From Pristiophorus japonicus (taxonomy: Eukaryota), in the NCBI RefSeq assembly GCF_044704955.1, contig NC_091984.1:177692001-177756000 (forward strand): 64,000 nt of DNA. The letters are read 5' to 3'. Shown one piece after another: positions 50,995 through 62,754 of the stretch. Positions within the stretch are counted from its first letter, which is position 1. Each line of letters begins with the position of its first letter. The translations under genes were made by a program, and so were the position numbers. Under the pieces are notes generated by a model. The model was not told the origin of the DNA, searched no databases, and was given only the letters and a program-made list of their open reading frames with translations.

Positions 50995-52603
50995 AAGGTC
51001 AGCCTGACTGCCTGCCTCTCTTCCGCGCGTACATCCGCACCAGGGTGTCCTTGGAGATGGAGCACATGGTGTCCACCGGTACGCTCGCGGCATTCCACGA
51101 GAGGTGGGCTCCGGAGGGACTGGAGTGCATCATCACGCCCGGCAACCAAATTTTAATTTGATTTTATGTTTTAAAGTTTAATTTGTTTTAATTGCCGGTG
51201 TTTTTAGTGTCCCCCTTCCCTGTTGTAGGGGGCACTTGGAAAAAAAATATATATATGATTTTAGTGCCCAAAAAAAAAACTTAAAAAAACCCCCAAAAAA
51301 ACAGAAAAATACAAAACACAAACAAAAAAAGTGCCTTGTAAATGTTTGGTGCGTCCCCCAGGTCGGTGGGGCCACGATTTAATGTTTTCATTTCCCCCAA
51401 AAGAGTTCTGTGGATAAGGGCAGCCTGACTGCCTGCCTCTCTTCCGCGTGTACATCCGAGCCAGGGTGTCCTTGGAGATGGAACACGCGGTGTCCACTGG
51501 TACGCTCGCAGCCTTCCGCGAGAGGTGGGCACCGGAGGGACTGGAGTGCATCATCACGCCTGGCAACCAAATTTTGATTAGATTGTATGTTTTAAAGTTT
51601 AATTTGTTTTAATTGCTGGTGTTTTTAGTGTCGCCCTCCCGTTTTGTAGGGGGCACTTGTAGAAAGAAATATAGATATGATGTTAGTGCCAAAAAAAAGG
51701 GCCTTGTAAATGTTTGGTGCGTCCCCCAGATCGGGGGGCCACGATTTAATGTTTTCGTTTCCCCCAAAAGAGTTCTGTGGACAAGGGCAGCCTGACTGCC
51801 TGCCTCGTTTCCGCGCGTACATCCGCGCCAGGGTGTCCTTGGAGATGGAGCACGCGGTGTCCACCGGTACGCTCGCGGCCTTCTGCGAGAGGTGGGCACC
51901 GGAGGGACATGAGTGCATCATCATGCCCGGCAACCAAATTTTAATTTGATTTTATGTTTTAAAGTTTAATTTGTTTTAATTGCCGGTGTTTTTAGTGTCC
52001 CCCTCTCCTTTTATAGGGGGCACTTGGAGAAAGAAAGAAAAAAAAATATATGATTTTAGTGCCCAAAAAAAAAAACACAAAAAAAAACACAAAACAAAAG
52101 GGCCTTGAAAATGTTTGGTGTGTCCCCCAGATCGGGGGGACACGATTTAATGTTTTAGTTTCCTCCCAAAAAGAGTTCTGTGGACAAGGGCAGCCTGACT
52201 GCCTGCCTCTCTTCCGCGCATACATCCGCGCCAGGGTGTCCTTGGAGATGGAGCATGCGGTGTCCACCGGTACGCTCGCGGCCTTCCGCGAGAGGTGGGT
52301 GCTGGAGGGACTGGAGTGCATCGTTACCCCCGGCAACCAAATTTTAATTTGATTTTATTTATTTTACAGTTTGATTTGTTTTAATTGCCGGTTTTAGTGT
52401 CCCCACCCTCCTTTTATAGGGGGCACTTGTAGAATTTATGATTTTATGGCCCCAAAAAATTGAAAAAAAAGTCAAAAAAAAGTTTAAAAAAAAAAACAAA
52501 ACAAAAAAAACAAAAAAGGGCAGGTTGAAGAAATGTTTGGAGTGTCCCCCGGATTGGGGGGCATTTGATTTAATGTTTATTTCGTTCCCCAACCAAAAAG
52601 AGT
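50995..52603 (+). repeat. Four tandem 358-418-bp units of the Tx1 3' end (50995-51406, 51416-51773, 51783-52176, 52186-52603)
   Basis: Each is aagg(g/t)+cagcctgactgcc...(QPDCLPLFRAYIRARVSLEMEHAVSTG...NQILI*) plus the 3' UTR, separated by TCTGTGGAY. Confidence 0.95.
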
Positions 52604-52612
52604 TCTGTGGAC

Positions 52613-55600
52613 AAGGGTGGAGCTGTTGGAGGCGTGGCCTGATCATTTGGAGCCTGGAGCAGTGAGGGAAGCTGCTCCCTGCTATAGCTCCTGCCTGAAG
52701 GCCTGGAGAGAACCCTGAAACAAGCCCAGGAAGAGGAGGAAGGGGCTTTCTACATTCCAATCCATCCAGAGGGAGAGGAGGAGAGCGGAAAATTCAACAA
52801 CATTTAATACTGCTGCAGAGAGTTGGAGAGAGGGGGAAAAAAGAACAACTATCCAGTGTGGAAGGAGGCAGAAACTTCATCAAGCAAATGTGGGTGTGTT
52901 TTGGTGCATTCCCCTAAAGACTTTGTTGTATCGGTGGGGGGAAGAAAGAAGACCTGCTAGAGGGCCGGAACATCGCGGGGGGTGTGTGTATGTGGAAGTG
53001 TGTGTGGGGGTCTTGCTTACAGCTAGGCCCCACACACCACTGAAGCACCCCTCCCCCATTGCCTAGCCTGGGATAGCTGGAGCTACCTGGCTGAAGAACT
53101 ATTAATCACCTATTTAACATCGTTGGGAGTGTGTGCCTGGGTGGCTCCAGCTGTCCCAGGTGAAGACATCTTCTCCCCCCACCCGAAGACCATCGACAAA
53201 GACTGTGTTTGTTTTGCCATCATCTGGGGAGTGCACACCAAGAAAAACACCCACCCATCGCTGTGAGGGGAGACCTGCCCTCACAGCTTCCCTCTTTCCC
53301 ACCCCTTACTCTCTTTCTCTCTCTCTCTGTCTCTACCCTCTCTCTCTGAGAGCCCCATTCCTCCTAATTAAAAACCAATTAAGACAACTGAGCAGAGGGA
53401 GCAAGGCCCCTCCCTAATTGTCAACTAGGGGAGAGGTGTGCCTCTTTTAGAGCTCCCTCTGTTCAAACACCAACGAGGCCATTTAAGACCATTAAGGCCT
53501 GTGACTTTGGGGTGAGTGTAGCCCTTAAAGGGACCCCGTGATGGCGACCCCATCCACGCTGGTGGCAGGGCCAGCAAAGACATATGCGCAGGTGGCATCC
53601 ACATCCACGGCGCCTCCTGCGCCTCCTGTTGCCCTGCCACCTTTCAGACTTATAACAATAAAACACGGAGTAAAGAGCTACACTCATCCCACAATGAGCA
53701 TCGAGGAGTGTGTGCGGGCGATGGCTGGGGTAGTCGGCCCGTCGGCCATTGTCGCAGCCTCCAAGATGTCTAGGAAGGCTGTATTCTTCCTGGGGTCGGA
53801 GCGGGCGGTGTCCCTGGTCCTTGAAAAGGGGCTCACGGTGGGCGAGACGTTCCTGCCGGTGGACCCTCTCGAGGCCACCGTGTAGAGGGTCATCCTTTCT
53901 AATGTCCCGCCCTTTTTTCCCGCTGAGCTCCTCCTCCCTCACCTACACCAACTGGGGGAGGTAAGGTCGGGGATCAACCCCATACCACTCGGCCTCAGGG
54001 AGAGCAGCCTGGCCATGTGTTCTCCTTCCGCCGCCAGCTCTTTGTCCGGCTAGCGCGGGAGGAGAGGACGGAGGGATAGTTTAATGTGTTGCACGAGGGG
54101 ACTGCCTAGTGCGTCTTCTGGACGTCGGACGGCGTGCGGTGCCATGCCTCTAGGGAGGTGGGGCACGTTCGCAAGAACTGCCCCGCCTCCAAGGCCGGAA
54201 AACCACCGAGGGCGGTCAAGGCTGGCGCCGCCGCCACCCCTCCCCCTAGTAGCGTCCACGTGCCGGGAGCTGTAGGTGCGCGGGCATCGTCGGGGGCCTT
54301 TGTTATCACGGCCTCCGGCGGGGGGGAGGGAGAGCATCCGATCGGAAGGAAGGCGTGGAAGAAGGCGAAACATCTCGAGGCGAGTCCCCTCAGTGCATCA
54401 GACAATTTGTTTACCGCGCTCAGCCCAACCATGTCACCGGCGAGCGCGGGGTGCCCTGAGCCCGTGCCCGAGCCCTTGACCAATATCACAGAGGGGCTCG
54501 GGCGTGGGCAAGATAAGAAAAAGGGGGGGGCGGAGCGGGAGGCCTCGGCAGACATGGAGGTCTCCCTGCCTCCGTGCACCCGCAGGAACAAAAGGAGGCA
54601 CCGCCCCAATGAGGCGGAGGGGGAACAACATCCCTCTGCGGAGGAGTCGGTGCCCGCTGCGTGTCCCGCGTCCCCCACCAGCGCCCCCAAACTGCGCTGT
54701 AGGCGAGAGGAGTCTGTCCCCGAGGAGGGTGAGACAGTCGAGGCTGCCCAGCCTCTGCCTCCCGCAGATGGCGTGGAAGATCTGCCTGTCATAGGGGGCG
54801 TGGGGCCAGCGGAGGAATGTGTAGCCGCCGGGTCGAGCGTCCCGGGGACTGAGGCGGGCGGGGCCGAAAAGGCCGAACCTGAGCCCACCCAGCTATTAAC
54901 CAACTTCCCCCGGGAGTCGCTCGGCCCGGAAGAAACAGAAAATATGAACAATTTTAATGATTCTGTACACGCTGGGCCGGAGGGCGGCGGCAGGGAGGGG
55001 GAAGACCACCAACCCTCGACCCCTACTTTGGAGCTGGGGTACTTGGAGGACCTGGAACATTACTTGGCCAGGTCTCTCTGTGTTCCCCGGTTCCTGGGGC
55101 GGAGGAGGAACCCCTTCCGCTGTCGCTTCCTGACCCAGCACCACTTTTAAAAGAGCCCAATGGGGACTCCTCTGCCGACGATCCTGGGGGTGGGATCGGG
55201 GCAGAGCCAGGGTTGGATGGAGCGGCCGGGCCGTTTGTCGTACCTCGTGCGGTCGATGGGCCGGCTGCTGGCGGCGACCTCCCAGAGGGGGATGGGGACT
55301 CGGTGGGGGACGAGAGAGAAGATCTTGAGTCCATTGCCAGTGAGGCAGTGGATCTCCTCGTGCCCGCCGCTGAGTCCCCCCTCATTCCTGTAAAGGAACT
55401 CCGGGACTTTTTGGCCCAGAGCCAGGGTCGCCGCAACCGAGCCCATCTGGCCCGCGGAAAATCGTCCGTGCCGGGGCTGCTCATCGTATCCGTCCGCGCC
55501 GCCGCTAAAACCATGGCCGCGGGTGGGCCATTATCAAAGGCGCAAGGCCTTGAGCTGCGCCGATTCAAAAAGGTTCCTCGCTGGGCTGCTGAAGGAGTGG

Positions 55601-55915
55601 AGGTCAACAAACGACTCCACTCCCCCCCCACAATAGGTTAGGTAGAGGTTGCACTATGCTTTTGTCATGAAGATAATCATAGCCAGCCTCAACATCAACG
55701 GCGGCAGAGAGGCACGCTGTAGATTTAACAATTTTTCGCTCCTGCGGGAGGGGAAATATGTGGTGTGCTTCCTGCAAGAAACCCATACCGTTCCGGGAGA
55801 CAAAGCCACGTGGCTCCTGGAATAGCAAGGAGAGGTCCGCATGAGCTACCTCACCGCCACTTCTTGTGGGGTGGCCATCTTGCTGGCCCCGCATTTTCAG
55901 CCGGAGATCTTGGGG
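52613..55915 (+). mobile_element. Tx1-clade retrotransposon, copy 4 (3'-truncated); ORF1 from 53541, ORF2 from 55667
   Basis: 5' UTR and ORF1 are homologous to copies 1-3; homology stops at ...HFQPEILG (ccggagatcttgggg) early in the endonuclease. Confidence 0.92.
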
Positions 55916-56527
55916 ACAACTGTAAACTCTAGGCCTATGTTGTCATTCAGAAAGGATAACTCATTAAAATATGAACCAATCTTACTTCCATTTTGTGTAA
56001 ATGTCAAGGGTAGATTTTCAACTTGCCACCTACGTGTGGAACTGGCAATCTGGACAAGCTACTTGTATAAACCTCCTGATTTTCATTTCCACTGATTTCA
56101 ATGGGAATGAAAATTGGGGGGTTTCAATAAGGGAGTGGCGAATCCACAAGGTCAATCATACACCCCGGCGGCACTTTGAAAATCTTGTCCACAATAGAGA
56201 ATTAAATTAAATGAACACTGTGAGGGGCATGGACTAATCATAGACAGAGAGTCAGCACGGATTCATCAAAGTGGGAACGTGTTTTACTAATTGAAGAGAA
56301 TTTTCTGAGGAAATCACAGAATGTATAGCTGGTGGATGTAGTATAAATTAATTTTAAGAAGGTCTTTACTAAGGCGAAGACATGATTACTTTATTATAAT
56401 CACACTGACGATTAAGATTTTGCAATATCTCACAGAAATAAAATAAATTAAGCCCAATGACATCAATGTGAGTTAGTTAGTTAAAGTAATCTAGTTGAAT
56501 TGTTGATTAAATATATATGAGGATACG

Positions 56528-56533
56528 TTTATT
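56528..56533 (-). terminator. Candidate polyadenylation signal of the C-type lectin gene
   Basis: TTTATT on plus (AATAAA on minus) about 315 bp past the stop codon; another occurs at 56390-56395. Confidence 0.45.
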
Positions 56534-56848
56534 TTATATAAAACCATAATAACCAGCTGCTTAACCTCACAGCTCCTCATTTATAATAGATTATAATATT
56601 AAGCAAGGTATAATTTAGTGAAAGAAAATATGGCACTGCTTTCAAATAAATGCTGTTTGGACAGACGTGTACATGTACCATACCAACATGACCAAATCCT
56701 TTGATATAAAACATGTTTCACAGATTGTGATTATTGGGTTAATTAGTACACTACAAGCAATCAGACATTTATGCTCAGTACTCATTTGAGGCACTGATTT
56801 GAAAATTACTTTGGCAGCTCTTCTTCGTTATGTTCTGTTCATATTATA

Positions 56849-56981
56849 TCAAATGGCCATTTTTTCGCAAATATATTTATACTTGGCAGTGCAATAATCG
56901 TCATTCCACAGACCTTTAATGGCAAAATGAACGCAATCTTCGGAATTCTTATAATTATCCGGCTGATCAGGTTTCCAGAAG
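56849..56981 (-). CDS. C-type lectin domain protein, last exon (QPD/WND)
   Basis: Acceptor ttttgtcactag, then C+FWKPDQPDNYKNSEDCVHFAIKGLWNDDYCTAKYKYICEKMAI*; phase 2 matches the upstream exon. Confidence 0.92.
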
Positions 56982-57632
56982 CTAGTGACAAAAACAAAAT
57001 ACATATATGAACCATCGGTATAATCTACCAATTGGAAGCAGGTGTATAAAAATGAATAGATAGGGGTGAGTGTGTTAGCATGAAAATTGTTACTAAAATA
57101 CTGTTTAAAGAGTTTTGCCTCCTGGTGGGTACAATTTCCCTGGAGGTTCTCCCAATTTCCCACTTTAACTTCTTGCCACCAAATATTCAGGGATGTTTGA
57201 TGCACAGGGAGCCCGTGTTTCTTACAAATTGGCACTTGATCAATATGTTCAAACCACACTGGAATGTAATGATGATTCCAACCATTTTACGACATATGTG
57301 CTCATCACTTCTTTCCACCCCCCACCCCGCCCTGGCGCTCCCCCCAACACATGTTGGATAGAAGTTAGACCCAGTACCTGATCGCAGGTATTCTTTTTAT
57401 GTAGATTTTAGGATTTGCTGCAAGTTTCTGTTATTGTGTCAGACTCCTCCCTCCACCCTATGTAAAGGGGACATAGTCATAGGATTATTCAGGCATAATT
57501 TAAACAGGGGCCTAGTCTATTGCTCCATAGGAGCTCTACTTGGATTCCCAGTTTACTTCTTTGAAGAGGATGGCAGCATACTGGTTATGTTACTGGACTT
57601 GTAATCCATAGGCCTGGACTAATGACATGTTC

Positions 57633-58775
57633 ATAAGAATATAAGAAATAGGAGCAGTATTAGGCCATACGACCACTCGAGCCTGCTCCGCCATTCAATA
57701 AGATCATGGTTGATCTGATCATAGACTCAGCCCCACTTCCCTGCCCACTCCCCATAACCCCTTATCCTCTTATCGTTTTAGAAACTGTCTATTTCTGTCT
57801 TACATTTATTCAATGTCTCAGCTTGCACAGCTCTCTGAGGCAGTGAATTCCACAGATTTACAAGCCTCTGAGAGAAGAAATTTCTCCTCATCTCTGCTTT
57901 AAATGGACGGCCCCTTATTCTAAGATCATGCCCTCTAGTTCTAGTCTCCCCTATCAATGGAAGCATCCTCTCTGCATCCACCTTGTCAAGCCCCCTCATA
58001 ATCTTATACGTTTCGATAAGATTGCCTCTCATTCTTCTGAATTCCAATGAGTAGTGGCACAACCTACTCAACCTTTCCTCATAAGTCAACCTCTTCATCT
58101 CCGGAATCAATCTAGTGAACCTTCTCTGAACTTCCTCCAAAGCATGTATATCCTTTCTTAAATATGGATACCAAAACTGCATGCAGTATTCCAAATGTGG
58201 CCTCACCAATATCCTGTATAACTGGAGCAAGACGTCCCTGCTTTTATACTTCATTCCCTTTGCAATAAAGGCCAAGATTCCATTGGCCTTCCTGATCACT
58301 TGTTGTACTGGATACTAAACTTTCGTGTTTCATACACCAGAACCCCCAGGTCCCGCTGTACTGCAGCACTTTGCAATTTTTCTCCATTTAAATAATAATT
58401 TGCTCTTTGATTTTTTTCTGCCAGAGTGCATAACCTCACACTTTCCAATATTATACTCATCTGCCAAATTTTTGCCTGCTCACTTAGCCATCTATGTCCT
58501 TTTGCAGGTTTTTTGTGTCCTCTTCACACATTGCTTTTCCTCCCATCTTTGTATTGTCGCAAACTTGTCTACGTTACACTCGTTCCCTTCATTCAAGTCA
58601 TTAATATAGATTTTAAATAGTTGGGGTCCCAGCACTGATCCCTGTGGCACCCCACTAGTTACTGATTGCCAACCCGAGAATGGATCATTTATCCTGATTC
58701 TCTGTTTTCTGTTCGTTCGCCAATCCTCTATCCATGCTAATATATTACCCCCAACCCCGTGAACTTTTATCTTAT
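57633..58775 (-). mobile_element. CR1 LINE 3' fragment in the lectin intron
   Basis: ORF 57778-58299 VRPHLEYC...FFSQRLVNLWN; GVPQGSVLGP-coding region at about 58620-58655; tail at about 57635-57750. Confidence 0.9.
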
Positions 58776-59744
58776 CTGACCTCCTAGGGAACTCTCACGT
58801 CTCCTCTATTGGCAAAACTGACCCCACAACCTGGTTTCCTCCTTTTCTGCTCAACAACTCTCAACACTCTACGAAGCTCATGTTTGTCGAAGATGTGAGT
58901 ACTGTGCCCATACCTGCAAAGGTTCTTCTACAACCTCTGTCATTCTCTTGCAACTGGATACCAAATAAAGCTATCCTGTCCAGATCGTCTTCCTCCTACT
59001 TCCAGACTCCATCCTAACCTCGCTCTGTTGCAACCTTTGTGAAAAATGCTATATAAATGGAAAATTGCTTTCAGAGTCCTACAGTTCATTGCAGTGTGCT
59101 CCCTTTCCATACTGGTCACTTAGGTCCTATGATGGATCAATAAGCTGTTGGTTGAGAGAGAAATGTTGCCCACCAATACCCTGTACAGTTGTAGCAAGAA
59201 TTCCCTACTTTTATACTCCATACCCCTTGCAATAAAGGCTAACAATCCAGTTGCCTTCCTAATTACTTGCTGTACCTGCATACAAACTTTTTCTGTTTCA
59301 TGTACAATGACCCTCAGATCCTGCTGCACTGAAGGACTTTGTAATTTCTCTCCAAATAGTGTCATGGAATCATTTACATTTACCTGAAACAACACGATGA
59401 TAGCTGGGTTAATTTCATGGCACCTGAGACAATGCACGCCACTGGAGTGCCTGCTAGATTGTGTGTTCAAGTCCTGCCAGTTGCCTGGAACCCACAATCT
59501 CCTGCCTTGGAGGTGGGAGGGAGATAGTCAATACCCAGATGTTACTGTGATTCAGTTCACAATGTTGTCAACGTTTTTCCCTGAGCCAACACCATCAATA
59601 GCAAATTAACTGGTCATTTATCTCATTGTGTTTGTGGGATCTCGCTGTGTGCAAAATGGCTACTCCATTCGCCTATAAAACAACAGTCACAGCACTTAAA
59701 AGTAACTAACTATATGTGCATCACTTTAAGATGCTAACAAGCGA

Positions 59745-60072
59745 GTTTCCCCTGGCTGGAGTGTCTGGAATTAGGGGACACAGTCTCCGGATAAGAGGAC
59801 GGCAATTTAAGACTAAGCTGTGGAGGAATTTCTTCACTCAGAGAGTTGTGAATCTTTGGAATTCTCTGCCCCAAAAGGCTGTGGATGCTGAATCATTGAG
59901 TATATTCAAGTCTGAGATCGATAGATTTTTGTACTGTAGGGGAATCGAGCGCCATGGAGTTCAGGCGGGAAAGTGGAGTTGAGGTTGAAGATCAGCCATG
60001 ATCTTATTGAATGGTGGACCAGGCCCGAGGTGCTGTATGGCCTACTTCTGCTATTAATTCTTTTGTTCTTAT
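59745..60072 (+). mobile_element. CR1 3' fragment
   Basis: RGHSLRIRG...FFTQRVVNLWNSLPQ plus tail. Confidence 0.8.
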
Positions 60073-60214
60073 GAGTAGATAATATGCAACATAAACGTAT
60101 TTCTATCTTTGTTAGCTGACCTCAGTCATGGTGATAAGAGGGGAGGCGCATTACAAGAGCCTCAGATTAAGGAGAGGAACAAGCAGCACTGCTGTTGATG
60201 ACTAGGCTGCAGAT

Positions 60215-60500
60215 CTGATCAGTGGAAACATCCTCTCTGCATCCACCTTGTCAAGCCCCCTCATAATCTTATACGTTTCGATAAGATCACCTCTCATTCT
60301 TCTGAATTCCAATGAGTAGAGGCCCAACCTACTCAACCTTTCCTCATAAGTCAACCCCCTCATCTCCGGAATCAACATAGTGAACCTTCTCTGAACTGCC
60401 TCCAAAGGAAGTATATCCTTTCATAAATATGGAAACCAAAAATGTACACAGTATTCCAGCTGTGGCCTCACCAAAACCTTATATAGCTGTAGCAAAACTT
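60215..60500 (-). mobile_element. CR1 internal fragment
   Basis: EAVQRRFT...RRMRGDLIETYKIMRG. Confidence 0.85.
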
Positions 60501-60779
60501 CAAATCCCGCAATGGCAAATTGTGATTTTGAATTCAGTTAATCTCGAATACAGAGCTGGTATCAGTAATGGTGACCATGAAGCTATCAGATTGTGGTAAA
60601 AAACCCATCTCATTCAGTAATCTACTTTTGGGAATTGACCCTCCCATTCTAAGCCAGTCTGGCCTGTATGTACCTCCAACACACAGCAATATTATTGGAT
60701 CTTACCGCCCTCTGAAATGGCCTCACAAGCCATTCAGTTGTATCAATCCGCTACTAAAAGTCATTATAAGAATATAATC

Positions 60780-62385
60780 AGATGGACCACCTGGCATTGA
60801 CCTAGGCATCGGATTCAGAGACGAGAAAAGCACACCCAGGCCAGTCCACCCTGCAAGTTTTCCTTTACTAAAGGAGATGTGTGCCAAAACTGAGAGAGCT
60901 GTCCCACAGACTGGTCAAGCAGCAGCCTGACATAATCATACTTACAGAATCAACGTCCCAATTTCCTCCACCACCAGCATTGGGTATGCCCATATCATCG
61001 GCAGGACAGACTCAACAGAGATGTCAACACAGTAGTATACAGTAGGGAAGGAGTGGCCTTGGGAGATCTCAACATTGACAGCGGACTCCATGAAGCTTCA
61101 AAGCATCAGGTCAAACATCCCTAAAGAAACTTACCGCCCTCTCTCAGCGAATGAATGATGTTAAACACAACTTAGAAGAGGCACTGAGGTTAACAATAAT
61201 GTACTCTGTACTTCAATGTCCATCACCAAGAGTCGCTTGGCAGCACCACTACTGATCCAGCTGGCTGAGTCCGGAAGGACATAGCTGCCAAACGAGGCTT
61301 GATGAAAAAACCAACACGATTGAAAAACGTACTTAACCTTGCTGCTCAACAATCTACCTGTTGGGGATGCATCTGTCCATGAGGATATTGTTAGGATTGA
61401 CCACCGCACAGCCCTTGTGGAGACAAAACCGCATCTTCACACTGTGTTGAGTGGCAATACCAATAGTCCAAGTGGGATATATTGAGAACAGACCTAGCAG
61501 TTCAAAAGTGTACATCCACGAGCAGCAGCAGAACTGTATGCCAGCAGAATCTGTAAAATCATGTCCGGGCATTTCCCTCACTATGCAATTACCATTAAGC
61601 CAGGGAACCAACCCTCATTCAAGGATGAGTATAGAAGAGCATGCCAAGAGCATCACCAAGCTAACAAGAAAATATAATACCAACTTGGAGTAGTTACAAC
61701 ACAACATGCTAAACAGCTGAAGCAGCTACATAGCTAAGCAATCTCACAACCAATGGGTAAGAACAAAGCTCTGCTGTCTGCCAGATCCAATCATGAATGG
61801 TGGTGAGCAATTAAGCAACTAACGGGAGGAGGAGGCTCCATGAAAATCCACATCCTCAATGATGAGGTGAGTGCAAAATACAAGGCATTCACAATCATCT
61901 TCAGCCAGAAGTACTAATTGGATGATCCATCTCAACCTGCTCCTGAGGTACCACCATCAAAGATGCCAGTCCTCAGCAAATTCGATTCACTCAACGTGAT
62001 ATCAATAAACAGCTGAACGCACTGGATACATTAAGGGCTATGGGCCTCAATATCAATCCAACTATAGTGCTGATGACTTGTCCTCCAGAACGATCTGTGC
62101 CTCCAGCCAAGCTGTTCCAGTGCAGCTGCAACACTGGCATATACCCAACAAAGCGGGAAATTGCCCAGGTATGTTCTGTCCACAAAAAGCAGAACAATTC
62201 CAATGTGAACAATTAACGCCCCATCAGTGTACTCTCAATCATCAGAAAAGTGAGGTGACATCGGCAGTGCTATCAAGTGCCACTTGCTCACCAATAACCT
62301 GCCAACTGATGCTCAATTTGTGTTCCACCAGGATCATTCAGCTCCAGACCTCAAAAGAGTCTTGGTCCATTCATGGATCAAAATG
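60780..62385 (+). mobile_element. Decayed CR1/L2-group LINE (endonuclease to start of RT)
   Basis: QQPDIIILTES-like sequence at about 60920-60950 and degenerate NYRPISLLS (aacaattaacgccccatcagtgtactctcaatc) at about 62210-62240. Confidence 0.55.
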
Positions 62386-62641
62386 TTCAAAATCCAGACT
62401 TTCCAACAGGTGTTTCTTAGTAACAGAACACCCATCATAAGCTGGTTACACACTTTGGCTACAATAGCCCTATGCTTTCTGCCTGTGTGCTCTCTAGACC
62501 ACAAGTTTCCTGGCCATTAAAATGATTGAGGGGGAATCACGGGCTACCGAGTGTACTAGCAGAAACGCAGACCGGTTGTCCAAAAGTTGATAACTCATTA
62601 AAAGGGGAGAAATCTGCAATGAACGGAATTAATTTACTTAC

Positions 62642-62754
62642 TTTGGAGTGCTTAAATAACTTGTACCATCTTCCCAACGCCACACACCTTCATTTATCAT
62701 GTCAGTGAGTCCAATCCAATAAAACTGGGAATCGGCTTGATTAACAAGGAAATC
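62642..62754 (-). CDS. C-type lectin domain protein, penultimate exon (WIGL)
   Basis: Acceptor catcacag, DFLVNQADSQFYWIGLTDMINEGVWRWEDGTSYLSTP+AA, donor gtaagt. Length 113 nt; splices in frame (AA+C=Asn) to 56981. Not in the ORF track. Confidence 0.92.

Noticed and set aside
50995-52603. CRISPR-like or LTR-like interpretation of the regular repeats
   Set aside because: The units are 3' ends of the adjacent non-LTR element, with no unique spacers, no cas genes and no TG…CA termini or primer-binding site.
30956-55631. Many antisense and alternative-frame ORFs (up to about 300 aa) over the Tx1 copies
   Set aside because: Expected in GC-rich, stop-poor sequence; their boundaries differ between copies and they have no recognisable domains.
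56982-57259. N-terminal part of ORF 56849-57259
   Set aside because: Intronic read-through; the real exon starts at the acceptor at 56981.
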